Assembly (NCBI GenBank): GCA_963790475.1
Contig: CAWBOS010000006.1
Span: forward strand, 256,001 to 320,000
Source: an uncultured delta proteobacterium
GTDB lineage: Bacteria; Desulfobacterota; RBG-13-43-22
Direction: 5' to 3'
Length of the DNA: 64,000 nt
Shown here: positions 1 to 10,044 of the stretch, one piece after another
How the letters are laid out: every line of letters starts with the position of its first letter
Numbering within the stretch: the stretch's first letter is position 1
Program-made: the position numbers and the translations under genes
Notes under the pieces: model-generated
The model's input: the letters and a program-made list of their open reading frames with translations, nothing else
What the model was told of the DNA's origin: nothing
The model's database searches: none

Positions 1-79
1 GATTTCAAGTTTGAGGGGAAAGCGGGATCAGGTCTATTGTAAACTCGAGATTGATTCGCTAAGTTAGGTACTACTTATC

Positions 80-117
80 CCTCAAGCCTCGTGCCTCAGG
101 CCTCTCGCCTCCTGCCT
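80..117. repeat. Heptamer tandem array (CCTCNNG)x5 overlapping the ahbC stop codon
   Basis: cctcaag cctcgtg cctcagg cctctcg cctcctg cct read directly. Confidence 0.8.
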
Positions 118-1289
118 ATTTCCTCATCCGTTAAATAACAAGCCGGGTCCGGGGCCCAGAGATCTCCGACAGCGGCTTCGGCACGGACCCGGAAATTACC
201 TCCGCAGATATCCAACCAGCGGCATTCGGAACATCGTCCGGTGACATATTTCTTTTTGTCTTTCAGTTGGGCCATCAGGGGATTGGTGGTATCCTGCCAG
301 ATCTGGCTGAAAGGTTTCTGGCGCACATTGCCGAAGGAAAAGTGGCGCCAGAATTGATCGGCATGGACCTCTCCGTCCCAACTGACACACCCGATCCCCC
401 GGCCCGAACTATTGCCTTCGTTCATCTTTAACAGTTCTAAGACTTGCGAAGAACGGGAAGAACCTTCTTTCAATAAACGCAAATACAGGTAGGGGCCGTC
501 AGCATGGTTGTCCACGGTTAGCACTTCTTTTTCATAACCGGCCTCAAATAATTCCTTAGTGCGGTCGATGACTAAATCTACGATTTTCCGGGTTTGGGCA
601 TGATCCAGATCTTCTTCGATCAACTGAGAACCACGGCCGGCATAAACCAGGTGATAAAAGCAGACCCTGGGGATATCTTCGGTTCGGAGGAGATCAAAGA
701 TGGGAGCAACTTGATCCTCGTTCAAACGATTGATGGTAAAACGTAATCCCACCTTGATTCCGGCTTCCCGGCAGTTCCGGATGCCGGCCAGGGCCTGGGC
801 AAAGGCCCCGGTAACTCCTCGAAATCGATCATTGACGGCTTCCATCCCGTCCAGGCTGATGCCTACATAAGACAGGCCTACGTTCTTCAATATTTTTGCC
901 AGATCCCGGGTGATTAAAGTCCCATTGGTGGAGATGACTGCGCGCATCCCTTTGTCCACGGCATATTGGGCAAGTTCGGGAAGGTCTGGCCGCAAGACCG
1001 GCTCCCCGCCGGAGAAGAGAATCACTGGAGCTCCAAAGGCACTTAGGTCATCCAGTAATATTTTACCTTCTTGGGTGGTCAGTTCGCCACTTGGTTTTTT
1101 CCCCTGAGCCTGGGCGTAACAATGACGACACTTCAGGTTGCATTGCCGGGTGACGTTCCAGACCACTACAGGTTTTTTATCCTGAGAAAACTGAAGGAGA
1201 TGAGAAGGCAATTGATCCGAACGCCGGCCGTAACGCAGGGCATCGGACGGTTCAACGGTCCCCAGATAGAGTTTGGATATGCCAATCAT
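96..1289 (-). CDS. ahbC: Radical SAM/SPASM 12,18-didecarboxysiroheme deacetylase (alternative heme pathway)
   Basis: N-terminus MIGISKLYLG..DALRYGR typical of AhbC/NirJ1; CNLKCRHC radical SAM motif; C-terminal CSECRWLDICGGNFRVRA..DPACY SPASM region. Confidence 0.88.
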   Translation of the reverse strand: MIGISKLYLGTVEPSDALRYGRRSDQLPSHLLQFSQDKKPVVVWNVTRQCNLKCRHCYAQAQGKKPSGELTTQEGKILLDDLSAFGAPVILFSGGEPVLRPDLPELAQYAVDKGMRAVISTNGTLITRDLAKILKNVGLSYVGISLDGMEAVNDRFRGVTGAFAQALAGIRNCREAGIKVGLRFTINRLNEDQVAPIFDLLRTEDIPRVCFYHLVYAGRGSQLIEEDLDHAQTRKIVDLVIDRTKELFEAGYEKEVLTVDNHADGPYLYLRLLKEGSSRSSQVLELLKMNEGNSSGRGIGCVSWDGEVHADQFWRHFSFGNVRQKPFSQIWQDTTNPLMAQLKDKKKYVTGRCSECRWLDICGGNFRVRAEAAVGDLWAPDPACYLTDEEIGRRREA

Positions 1290-1309
1290 AGTGATTTAAT
1301 CTCGATGTT

Positions 1310-3118
1310 TCATGCATCATGCATCATAGGTGCCCCGGAGTCCTCGGTCCGGTAATAGGTTCGGATCAGTTTTTGAATATAACCTTCCGGGTTGGAAACG
1401 GCCTCCGAGGTGATGACAAACCGGCTCATCCCGGTTTTTTCTTGGACCAGTTTAAACCCATATTCGAAATCCTTAGAAAGATTTTCGCAGATCGACCAGA
1501 CGCTCACCTTTGAGTCCAGGGCTTTTTGAAGGACCGCATCAATTCCATCCTCAGAGAACTTGAGTCCGATGCCGAAACGCTCGAAAAAACGCAGTTCGTA
1601 TTCCCGAACCTGTCGGGTCATTTGCCCTACTTCTTCAAGGGATCTTGGAAAATCCTGAATCATTTCCAGGCATCGTCCGGCAACCAATTTCAGGCGGAAT
1701 TCCGTTAACCCGTTGTCAAACCGGCCGGCGAATTCAAAGGTTCTTTTTTTAAGTCTTTCGATCAGAACCTTTTGTTCCCTATCCCAGGCTTCAGAAAAAC
1801 GTGTTTTTTCCTGAGGGTTTTCCGGATCATTTAAAAGTCGTTCCAGTTCCGTTTCCGGAGCTAAGATCACCTCCCGGGAGATTAGTAATTGATTAATGGA
1901 AGTGGATGGTAAGGTCTTCTCAAATTTGATTAGCGCCTTTTCAACCACGCTGACCAGGCCTCGGGCTCCGGTCTTTTCTTTACAAGCCTTTTGGGCTAAT
2001 AAACGCAGGGCCTCATCTTCAAACAGGATATCGATGCCATAGGATTTAAAATCCCTTTTCTTGCTTCTGATAATCGGGTTATTGGGATTTTTGAGAATTT
2101 GATAAAGGTCCTCTTCGGATAGCTCTTCCAGTACGACGGCCACCGGCAGTCTTCCGACGAACTCTGATTCAAATCCATAAGCAATCAGGTCTTCGGCCTG
2201 AACCTGACTCAGTAATTTCGGGGTTTGCTTCTTTGATTTAAGGGTAGCCCCGAATCCCATCCCTTTTTCCTGAATCCTTTTTTGGATTAATTTTTCAAGG
2301 TGATTAAAAGCCCCGCTGACTATGAAAAGAATATTCCGGGTATTGACGGTTCTCTTTTCTTTCTTACCGGTTTTGCGATAATTCTCAATGGCCTGTATTT
2401 GGGAAATCGGGTCATGAGACACCTTCAGGTCCACTTCGGTTTCTTCCATGGGTTTCAGCAACGCCCTCTGGACACCGGTCCGAGAGACATCCGGACCGAT
2501 CGAATGATTGCTGGAGGCGATTTTATCGATTTCATCAATATAAATAATCCCGTATTGAGCCAGTTCGATATCGTCACCCGCTTCATACACCAAATCCCGG
2601 ATTAAGTCCTCGACATCGCCTCCCACGTAACCGGTTTCGCTGAATTTAGTGGCATCCCCTTTGACAAAAGGGACCCCGAGTTTCTTGGCAATCAACTTGA
2701 TCAAATAGGTCTTTCCAACGCCGGTCGGACCGATCATGATGATGTTGTTTTTAATCATCCCTACCGGGTCGGACCCATTTTGCTTGTCCTGCTGTTCCCA
2801 GAACTTGATGCGATTAAAATGGGTACATATTTTGGTGGCCAGCACGGCCTTGGCCTCATCCTGTCTGATAACGTATTCGTTTAGATAGGCTTCCAGTTCT
2901 TCCGGCTTAAGATTAAAATTGATCTTTGAGGCCACCCCTTTGTTTTCCTTAGGAGGGACCTGGGTTTCTGCGGTATCCCCCTCAGGGAAAATAAATGGAG
3001 TGACGATTTTCACCCGGTCCCCGTATTTCTTGGAAAGATAATCACTCAATTCCCTTTCCAATTCTTTCTGGGTGGGAAGTTTTTGGTTTGTTTCTTTTGT
3101 ATGCTCTGATTCATTCAT
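1310..3118 (-). CDS. ClpX-like AAA+ ATPase lacking the N-terminal zinc finger, with a C-terminal extension
   Basis: Walker A GPTGVGKT, DATKFSETGYVGGDVE, Walker B IIYIDEIDKI, GVQRALLK, MGFG loop, TGARGL. Confidence 0.8.
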   Translation of the reverse strand: MNESEHTKETNQKLPTQKELERELSDYLSKKYGDRVKIVTPFIFPEGDTAETQVPPKENKGVASKINFNLKPEELEAYLNEYVIRQDEAKAVLATKICTHFNRIKFWEQQDKQNGSDPVGMIKNNIIMIGPTGVGKTYLIKLIAKKLGVPFVKGDATKFSETGYVGGDVEDLIRDLVYEAGDDIELAQYGIIYIDEIDKIASSNHSIGPDVSRTGVQRALLKPMEETEVDLKVSHDPISQIQAIENYRKTGKKEKRTVNTRNILFIVSGAFNHLEKLIQKRIQEKGMGFGATLKSKKQTPKLLSQVQAEDLIAYGFESEFVGRLPVAVVLEELSEEDLYQILKNPNNPIIRSKKRDFKSYGIDILFEDEALRLLAQKACKEKTGARGLVSVVEKALIKFEKTLPSTSINQLLISREVILAPETELERLLNDPENPQEKTRFSEAWDREQKVLIERLKKRTFEFAGRFDNGLTEFRLKLVAGRCLEMIQDFPRSLEEVGQMTRQVREYELRFFERFGIGLKFSEDGIDAVLQKALDSKVSVWSICENLSKDFEYGFKLVQEKTGMSRFVITSEAVSNPEGYIQKLIRTYYRTEDSGAPMMHDA

Positions 3119-3329
3119 AGATCCTCACAAAAAAGCAATGTACTTTCAGCCATAAGGAGAAGGACATTCTTGCTTAATCTGTCCCTTTTCTGCTCCCAAT
3201 GGCCTCCTGCGCATAGCCTGATTTTTTTAATTAATATAATGCATCCCCAAAGCTATTTCAACCACCGATCCATTTTCTCAGGTAAAGGGGAAATTTAAAG
3301 AAATTCCAGGGTTAATCCAACTTTTTTCC

Positions 3330-3392
3330 TTGACAAAGGCAGTTTTTTTACTATAGTTACATGAAAGTGGAGAAATATGGGGATTTGTGGGG
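3330..3392 (+). promoter_or_regulatory. sigma70 promoter plus MraZ-binding direct repeats of the dcw operon
   Basis: TTGACA(3330)-16 nt-TATAGT(3352); GTGGAG/ATGGGG/GTGGGG at 10-bp period (3367, 3377, 3387), like known MraZ boxes. Confidence 0.75.
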
Positions 3393-3420
3393 GAAAAAGC
3401 CAAAATAGGGGGGCAGGAAA

Positions 3421-3861
3421 GTGTTTCGGGGACGTTCAAACCATTTAATTGACTCCAAGGGGCGGATCAGTGTCCCGGCTCGTTTCCGGGACTTGATAAA
3501 AACCAACGGGGATTCTCGCCTGATTGTCACCAACTCCGACGAATGCCTGGCTGTTTATACTTATAAAGAATGGCAGGAGATTGAAGAGAAAGTGGGTCAG
3601 CTCTCCTTAGTGGATCGGGACATCCGGTCTTATAAACGATTTTTTATTTCCGGAGCCTGTGAATGCAGTCTGGATAGTCAAAGCCGAATCCTGATCCCGC
3701 CGACGCTCCGAGAACATGCCGGATTGGAGAAAGAAGTTATCCTGGCCGGTCAGTTAAAATATTTTGAGATATGGGATAAGGTCAAGTTCGAAGAAGAACT
3801 GACCAAAAGCAAAAACAACTTGCCCGTATTGGAAGATAAATTGGCCTCTCTGGGTCTATAG
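3421..3861 (+). CDS. mraZ: Division/cell wall cluster transcriptional repressor
   Basis: Two DxxxR repeats (DSKGRISVP, DSQSRILIP); first gene of the dcw cluster; GTG start. Confidence 0.95.
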   Translation: MFRGRSNHLIDSKGRISVPARFRDLIKTNGDSRLIVTNSDECLAVYTYKEWQEIEEKVGQLSLVDRDIRSYKRFFISGACECSLDSQSRILIPPTLREHAGLEKEVILAGQLKYFEIWDKVKFEEELTKSKNNLPVLEDKLASLGL

Positions 3862-3866
3862 AAGGA

Positions 3867-4805
3867 GTGACGACATCGGTCATTCATCAGCCGGTAATGG
3901 TTCATGAAGTGGTTCAGTATCTTCGGTGTGAACAGGGAGGCCTTTTTGTAGACGGCACCCTTGGAACTGGAGGACATACCCTGGCCATTCTTCAACACAG
4001 TCCTGCAACAACCCAGGTTATCGGGATAGATCGCGACCCGGATGGTTTAGCCATAGCCCGGGAACGATTAAAATCTTTTTCAAATCAACTACGACCGGTT
4101 CAGGGAAAATTTGGAGACTTAAGAAAAATTCTTTCCGGTTTGGGGGTTAGGGCGGTGGATGGCATCCTTCTTGATCTGGGTTTTTCTTCATTTCAGATAG
4201 AAAGTCCAGGGAGGGGATTCAGCTTCCAACGGGATGATCCACTGGATATGAGGATGGATCAGACTCAGGGAATAAGCGCCCGGGACTGGCTGGCCCGGAG
4301 CAGCCCAAAAGAGTTAACCCGGGTCTTAAAAGAATATGGGGAAGAAAGATGGGCCAAAAGGCTGGCAGGAAAAATCTTGGCCAAGGGACCTATTACAACC
4401 ACTCGAGAGTTGGCTGAACTCGTCGCCGGGTCTATCCCCAGGGGGGGACGGATTCATCCGGCCACCCGGACTTTTCAAGCCCTGCGGATCTTGATTAATG
4501 ACGAGTTGACCCAATTGAAGGCCTTCTTGGAACAGTTTCTCGAAACTTTGAAGGATGGAGCGAGGGTCTGTTTGATTTCTTATCATTCATTAGAGGACCG
4601 ACTCATTAAGCAGTCCTTTCTAAAATTGGAACGAGGGCTCCTGGATCCCCTGGGAATGTCGGAGCCTGTACGACCGGAGGGTCAGCCGGTTTTTAAAAGG
4701 GTTATTTCCAAACCGGCAGTCCCCTCTCAGAATGAGATGAAGGAGAACCCCCGATCCCGGGGGGCAAAACTGAGGGTAGGAGAACGGTTAGGAGGGTCGG
4801 TGTGA
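3867..4805 (+). CDS. rsmH: 16S rRNA m4C1402 methyltransferase
   Basis: HQPVM, DGTLGTGGH, DLGFSS, PLDMRMD, HPATRTFQALRI, HSLEDR, NPRSRGAKLR. Confidence 0.95.
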   Translation: MTTSVIHQPVMVHEVVQYLRCEQGGLFVDGTLGTGGHTLAILQHSPATTQVIGIDRDPDGLAIARERLKSFSNQLRPVQGKFGDLRKILSGLGVRAVDGILLDLGFSSFQIESPGRGFSFQRDDPLDMRMDQTQGISARDWLARSSPKELTRVLKEYGEERWAKRLAGKILAKGPITTTRELAELVAGSIPRGGRIHPATRTFQALRILINDELTQLKAFLEQFLETLKDGARVCLISYHSLEDRLIKQSFLKLERGLLDPLGMSEPVRPEGQPVFKRVISKPAVPSQNEMKENPRSRGAKLRVGERLGGSV

Positions 4806-5128
4806 ACAGTTCCATCAAACCCCAACCCCATTCCAGGAAAAAACAGGTCAAGGAAAAACATCGCCTTGGCCCCCTGAAGTATTTGTCTATCCTTTTGGCC
4901 GTTTTTGTGCCGGGATTGCTGATTTTTATCTGGCTCCATGTCCAGACTATGAATTTAAGCTACGACATTGCCGCGGCCCAGAAACAAAAAGGCGAGTTGA
5001 TGGAAATCAGTAAAAAATTGCGTATCCAATTGGCCAACATGAAATCTCCGGAAAGGATCGAGGGTATCGCTTTAACCCAATTAGGATTGAGGGTTCCGGA
5101 AAAAGGGCAGATTGAGATTCTAAAATGA
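4802..5128 (+). CDS. ftsL: Cell division protein FtsL
   Basis: Short TM segment plus coiled coil, SPERIEGIA..LGL; between rsmH and ftsI. Confidence 0.85.
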   Translation: MNSSIKPQPHSRKKQVKEKHRLGPLKYLSILLAVFVPGLLIFIWLHVQTMNLSYDIAAAQKQKGELMEISKKLRIQLANMKSPERIEGIALTQLGLRVPEKGQIEILK

Positions 5129-7119
5129 GGGAACCGGAATTCAAAAGGGTCCGTTTTCGTTTATATGGAGTCTTTGGACTGTGCTGCCTTCTCTTTGTTG
5201 TTATCATCGGCCGGGCCGTCCAACTCCAGTTGTGGGAGGGCCCCAAATTGGCCAGGATTGCCAAAAGTGAAATCGAGAAACTGATTCCCCGGTCCAATAA
5301 ACGGGGGGTCATTTATGACCGAAACCGTTTTGAATTGGCTATGACCGTTGAAATGGAATCCATATTTGCCCAACCCAAAGAAATAGAGAGCCTCCAGGAG
5401 GTTTCCCATCAATTGGGCCCTATACTTTCCATGGACCGGAAACACCTTTCCAATTTGCTTCATCAGTCAAAACCCTTTGTCTACCTGAAACGCCGGGCCA
5501 CCCCCAATGAATACGAGGCCGTAAAGGCCATGGGACTGGAAGGGGTGGCTTTTACTAAAGAAGGTCAGCGATTTTATCCCTATATGGACCTGGCCTGTCA
5601 TGTCATCGGGTTCGTCGGGATGGATCCCAATGGGTTGGAGGGATTGGAAAGACAATACAATTCCTATTTGAAGAGCCCTTATCTTTATGAACCCAGTGTC
5701 CGCGATGCCCTGGGAAGAGCCCTGTATTTAAATGACATGGAATCCATCCAGGAAAATGAAGGGTTAAGCCTGGTCTTGACCCTTGATAAAAACATTCAAT
5801 ATTTTACGGAAAAAGAACTAAAGAAAGGGGTGATCAAGTCTCAGGCCAAAGAGGGATTCGCCATTGTCCTGAACCCTAAAAGCGGGGAGATCCTGGCCCT
5901 GGCCAATTACCCGTCTTATAACTTGAATACCTTTCAGAAGGCCCCACCGGCCTCCAGGAGAAACCAGGCCTTAACCGATACCTTTGAGCCGGGATCCACC
6001 TTTAAGACTTTTTTATTGTCCGGTGCTTTGGAGGAAAAAACAGTCTCCCCCAATGATATGATTTTTTGCGAGAACGGAAATTATCGGGTGGGAAACCATG
6101 TGATTCATGACGCCCATCCCCATGGCTGGTTATCAGTTCAGGATGTGATCAAGGTTTCCAGCAATATCGGGGCCACCAAGATCGGGAAAAAATTAGGTCC
6201 CAAGACTTTTTATACCTATATAAAAAATTTCGGCTTTGGGAAACAAACTGCGATAGATCTGCCGGGGGAAGTCAATGGAGTGGTCTGGCCTTATAATCGC
6301 TGGGGAGAAATTGAGGCCGCCAATATCTGTTTCGGGCAGGGAGTCACGGTCACTGGGATTCAATTAGCCTCCGCCCTGGGGGCCATCGCCAATGACGGCC
6401 GTCTGATGAAACCCTATGTGGTTCGGCAGATACTCGATCAGAAAGGGAACCCGGTCAAACAGTTCCCTCCTCAACCGGTTCGGCAAGTCATCTCGCCGGA
6501 AACAGCCCGGCTGATGAGGACCCTCCTGACCCGGGTGACTGAGCCCGGGGGAACTGCGACTCAAGCGGCTATAGAGGGCATTTCGGTCGCGGGAAAGACA
6601 GGTACGGCCCAAAAAGTTTCCCCGGAAACCAAGCGCTATGCACCCGGGAGATATATCTCAACCTTTATGGGCTTTCTGCCGGCCGAGGCCCCTTCATTGG
6701 TCATTGTAGTTGTGGTCGACGAACCCAAGGGATCTCATTATGGAGGGGTGGTCTCGGCTCCCATTTTCAAGGGGATAGCGGAGCAATCCCTTTCTATTCT
6801 GGGAATAAGACGGCCGGCCCAGACCGTCCCCCAGGGGCAGCCCGATGAGCCACTTTACCAGAAACCGGATATGGCCCCTTTGCTCATGGCCCAAAAGGCC
6901 GGGGAAGAAGAGAAGGTCAGCGCAGAAGACTTGCAAAACAAGCGAATCATGCCCGATATCCGGGGAATGAGTATGCGCAAGGTGCTGGAGCTTATGAGAA
7001 GTTATGAAATCCCGGTCGTTCTCAGGGGGAGTGGAAAGGCCGTGGCTCAATCGCCTTTACCCGGGACCGTCTTAGGTCAGAGGACCCGCTGTCAGATCCA
7101 ATTTCAGCCGGTTCTGTAA
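5125..7119 (+). CDS. ftsI: Peptidoglycan D,D-transpeptidase PBP3 with C-terminal PASTA domain
   Basis: RGVIYDRN, EPGSTFK (SxxK), SSN, KTGTAQK; MPDIRGMS PASTA-like tail. Confidence 0.93.
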   Translation: MREPEFKRVRFRLYGVFGLCCLLFVVIIGRAVQLQLWEGPKLARIAKSEIEKLIPRSNKRGVIYDRNRFELAMTVEMESIFAQPKEIESLQEVSHQLGPILSMDRKHLSNLLHQSKPFVYLKRRATPNEYEAVKAMGLEGVAFTKEGQRFYPYMDLACHVIGFVGMDPNGLEGLERQYNSYLKSPYLYEPSVRDALGRALYLNDMESIQENEGLSLVLTLDKNIQYFTEKELKKGVIKSQAKEGFAIVLNPKSGEILALANYPSYNLNTFQKAPPASRRNQALTDTFEPGSTFKTFLLSGALEEKTVSPNDMIFCENGNYRVGNHVIHDAHPHGWLSVQDVIKVSSNIGATKIGKKLGPKTFYTYIKNFGFGKQTAIDLPGEVNGVVWPYNRWGEIEAANICFGQGVTVTGIQLASALGAIANDGRLMKPYVVRQILDQKGNPVKQFPPQPVRQVISPETARLMRTLLTRVTEPGGTATQAAIEGISVAGKTGTAQKVSPETKRYAPGRYISTFMGFLPAEAPSLVIVVVVDEPKGSHYGGVVSAPIFKGIAEQSLSILGIRRPAQTVPQGQPDEPLYQKPDMAPLLMAQKAGEEEKVSAEDLQNKRIMPDIRGMSMRKVLELMRSYEIPVVLRGSGKAVAQSPLPGTVLGQRTRCQIQFQPVL

Positions 7120-7136
7120 CATAAGAAAGAGCTTTT

Positions 7137-8663
7137 TTGCAACTTAATGAATTATTGAAAGCCATACCCGGGGCGGTGATTAAAGGGACTGCGGCCCTGG
7201 AAATAAATAATCTCGCTTATGACTCCCGTAAGGTTATGGACCAAGGATTGTTCGTGGCCATAAGGGGGCACAAGGTCGATGGGCATCGCTTTATAGATCA
7301 AGCGATCTTAAAGGGGGCTCGGGCTGTTGTGGTCGAGGAAGAGGGGTGGCCGGTCCCTTCTTCGGTAACTCGAATCAAGGTCAAGAACAGCAGGCAAGCC
7401 CTATCCGGATTATCGGCCTGTTTTTTCGGCTATCCGGCTTCCGGACTACATTTGATCGCTATCACCGGAACCAGCGGAAAGACGACCACTTCATATTTGG
7501 TGGAATCGATATTAAAGGCGGCTGGGTTTTCGGTTGGTGTTTTGGGAACGGTCTCTTGTCGCTATGGGTCCTGCGTAAAACCGTCACCGGTCACCACGCC
7601 GGAATCTCTGGACTTGCAGGCCCTTTTGGCCGAGATGGTCAGGGAGAAAATAACCCACGTAGTGCTGGAGGTTTCCTCCCATGCCCTGGATCAGGGAAGG
7701 TTAGGGGAAATGGTTTTTGATCAGGCAGTGTTTACCAATCTGTCTCAGGACCACCTGGATTACCACCAGGACATGGAAAGGTATTTTCAGACCAAAACCA
7801 AATTGTTTAATCAACATCTAAAAAGAGACGGGCAGAGTCTGTCAATCATCAATCGGGATGATCCTTATGGACAAAGGCTTTGGCGGGAATGTCCGGACCC
7901 CAAAAAAGATTATGGAATTAAGAACCGGGCCGCTTACTTCCCTTTGGAAGTCCGCTCAAGCTTGAACGGGATTGAAGCACGGATCCAGACTCCCAAGGGA
8001 GAATATACCCTGAGGTCCCCCTTGATCGGAGAATATAATATTTATAATATCCTGGCTGCCTGGGCCGTGGGAGAGGGATTTTCTCTGGAGGGGGGGACTG
8101 TCCAAAAGGGGCTTGAGGTCCTTGCCCTGGTCCCCGGCCGAATGGAGCCGGTCCCGAATAAAAAAGGATTAACCATCCTGGTGGATTATTCCCATAAACC
8201 AGGGGCCTTGCGTTTTGCATTATCTTCTTTGAAGGGATACGGCCAGGGAAAAATCCTGACCGTATTCGGTTGCGGAGGGGAACGGGATCGAGGAAAACGA
8301 CCGCTAATGGGCCGGATTGCCGGAGAGCTAAGCCACCTGACGATAGTTACTTCGGATAACCCAAGGTCCGAGGACCCCATCAAGATCATGCAAGACATTG
8401 AACAAGGGCTCAAAGACCAGGGCGTAAGCTTTCTGGAAAGCGATGAATTAAAAGAAATCCCGAAATCTCCGGGATATACCATGGTCCAGGATCGAAGGGA
8501 GGCCATTGCTTTGGCTGTCCGTTTGGCCCGGCCCGGAGACAAGATCCTGATTGCCGGAAAAGGGCATGAAACCTATCAGCTTCTGGGGTCGACCATTATT
8601 GATTTTGATGATCGGATTGAAGCCCGGAAGGCTTTAGAGGCTATAGATGTTCAATACGGATAA
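7137..8663 (+). CDS. murE: UDP-MurNAc-tripeptide ligase (mDAP-type)
   Basis: ITGTSGKTT, EVSSHAL, DHLDYH, DNPRSE, AGKGHETYQ; TTG start. Confidence 0.95.
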   Translation: MQLNELLKAIPGAVIKGTAALEINNLAYDSRKVMDQGLFVAIRGHKVDGHRFIDQAILKGARAVVVEEEGWPVPSSVTRIKVKNSRQALSGLSACFFGYPASGLHLIAITGTSGKTTTSYLVESILKAAGFSVGVLGTVSCRYGSCVKPSPVTTPESLDLQALLAEMVREKITHVVLEVSSHALDQGRLGEMVFDQAVFTNLSQDHLDYHQDMERYFQTKTKLFNQHLKRDGQSLSIINRDDPYGQRLWRECPDPKKDYGIKNRAAYFPLEVRSSLNGIEARIQTPKGEYTLRSPLIGEYNIYNILAAWAVGEGFSLEGGTVQKGLEVLALVPGRMEPVPNKKGLTILVDYSHKPGALRFALSSLKGYGQGKILTVFGCGGERDRGKRPLMGRIAGELSHLTIVTSDNPRSEDPIKIMQDIEQGLKDQGVSFLESDELKEIPKSPGYTMVQDRREAIALAVRLARPGDKILIAGKGHETYQLLGSTIIDFDDRIEARKALEAIDVQYG

Positions 8664-10041
8664 ATTGGCCTGGGACGAATTGATTTCCGGCCTGTCCGGC
8701 CGGCTGGTTCAGGGAAATCTAAGCCGAAAGGCCATTGGGGTTTCAACCGATACCAGGTCTCTTGAACCCGAAAATCTCTTCGTAGCCTTAAGAGGCCCCC
8801 GTTTTAACGGCCATGATCATATCCTCCAGGCCTTTGAAAAAGGGGCATCAGCCGTCCTGGTTTCCGACCCTGTCCCCTCGGGGAAATTGCCCGCGGATAG
8901 GGGGGTTATTGAGGTCGAAGATACACTTAAAGCCTTGGGAGATTTAGCGGGCCTCTGGCGCAGGAAGTTTCCCGTGATCCTGACTGGGATCTCAGGGAGT
9001 AATGGTAAAACCTCAACCAAGGAAATGCTGGCCGCCATTCTGGAATTGGAAGGCCCGACCTTGAAGAATCCAGGGAACCTGAATAACTGGATCGGAGTAC
9101 CGTTAAGTCTTTTTTTTTTAAATGAGGATCATCGATTCGCTGTTATGGAAATGGGCATGAATCATTCCGGGGAAATCACTCGATTGTGTCAAATAGCCCA
9201 GCCTTCGGTTGGTCTTTTAACCAATGTCGGGCCGGCTCATTTGGAGGCCTTTGGAACACTGGAGGCAGTGGCTAAGGCCAAGGGCGAACTCTTTGAGGCC
9301 CTTGAACCAGACCACTGGGCAGTGATTAATCTTGATGATTCAAGGATAAAAGAACTGGCTCGAATTTGCAAAGCCCGAAAAATAACTTTTGGTCTAACCC
9401 CTGAGGCTCAGGTCCGAGCAGAACCAATTGAAATATCCGACCGGGGGGTCCGATTCCGAATCCTCTTTCAAGGGGAAGAAGAGGTATTCCTGCCTGTTCA
9501 GGGAGAACATAATATCGGCAATGCCTTGGGGGCTGCGGCGACCGCTTTGGCCCTGGGGCTTTCCCTGCAGAAAGTCAAGCAAGGTCTGGAGCATCTTCAT
9601 CTTCCGGAGCATAGGTTGCAGATTAAAAAAGGCCTAGGGGGCCTCCGGTTGATAGATGATGCTTATAATGCCAATCCGGCCTCCATGAAAGTCGCCCTAA
9701 AGGCCTTCGATTCTTTAAGACAAGGGAAGGGGGGAGGATTGGTCCTGGGCGATATGCTGGAGCTTGGGGATCAAGCGCTGGAAGCACACCGGCAACTCGG
9801 TCGGTGGGTAGGGGAGATGGGGGTGGATTATCTCTTTGGCTTAGGCCCATTGTCCGAGGAGGTGGTGAAAGAGGCACAAAAAGCGGTCCATCCACCGCTA
9901 AAGGCCTTCGGGGTGTTGAACTCTAAAGAAATAATCGATCTTTTGCCGGGCATCATCCGGGAAGGGGATTGGGTGTTGATTAAAGGATCTCACGGTATGG
10001 ACATGGAAGCCATTGTCAGGGCCTTGGAGGATCAGGAATAA
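8647..10041 (+). CDS. murF: UDP-MurNAc-tripeptide--D-Ala-D-Ala ligase
   Basis: GSNGKTSTKEM, NLNNWIGVP, EMGMNHSGEI, DAYNANPASM, GDMLELG. Confidence 0.95.
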   Translation: MFNTDKLAWDELISGLSGRLVQGNLSRKAIGVSTDTRSLEPENLFVALRGPRFNGHDHILQAFEKGASAVLVSDPVPSGKLPADRGVIEVEDTLKALGDLAGLWRRKFPVILTGISGSNGKTSTKEMLAAILELEGPTLKNPGNLNNWIGVPLSLFFLNEDHRFAVMEMGMNHSGEITRLCQIAQPSVGLLTNVGPAHLEAFGTLEAVAKAKGELFEALEPDHWAVINLDDSRIKELARICKARKITFGLTPEAQVRAEPIEISDRGVRFRILFQGEEEVFLPVQGEHNIGNALGAAATALALGLSLQKVKQGLEHLHLPEHRLQIKKGLGGLRLIDDAYNANPASMKVALKAFDSLRQGKGGGLVLGDMLELGDQALEAHRQLGRWVGEMGVDYLFGLGPLSEEVVKEAQKAVHPPLKAFGVLNSKEIIDLLPGIIREGDWVLIKGSHGMDMEAIVRALEDQE

Positions 10042-10044
10042 GCC

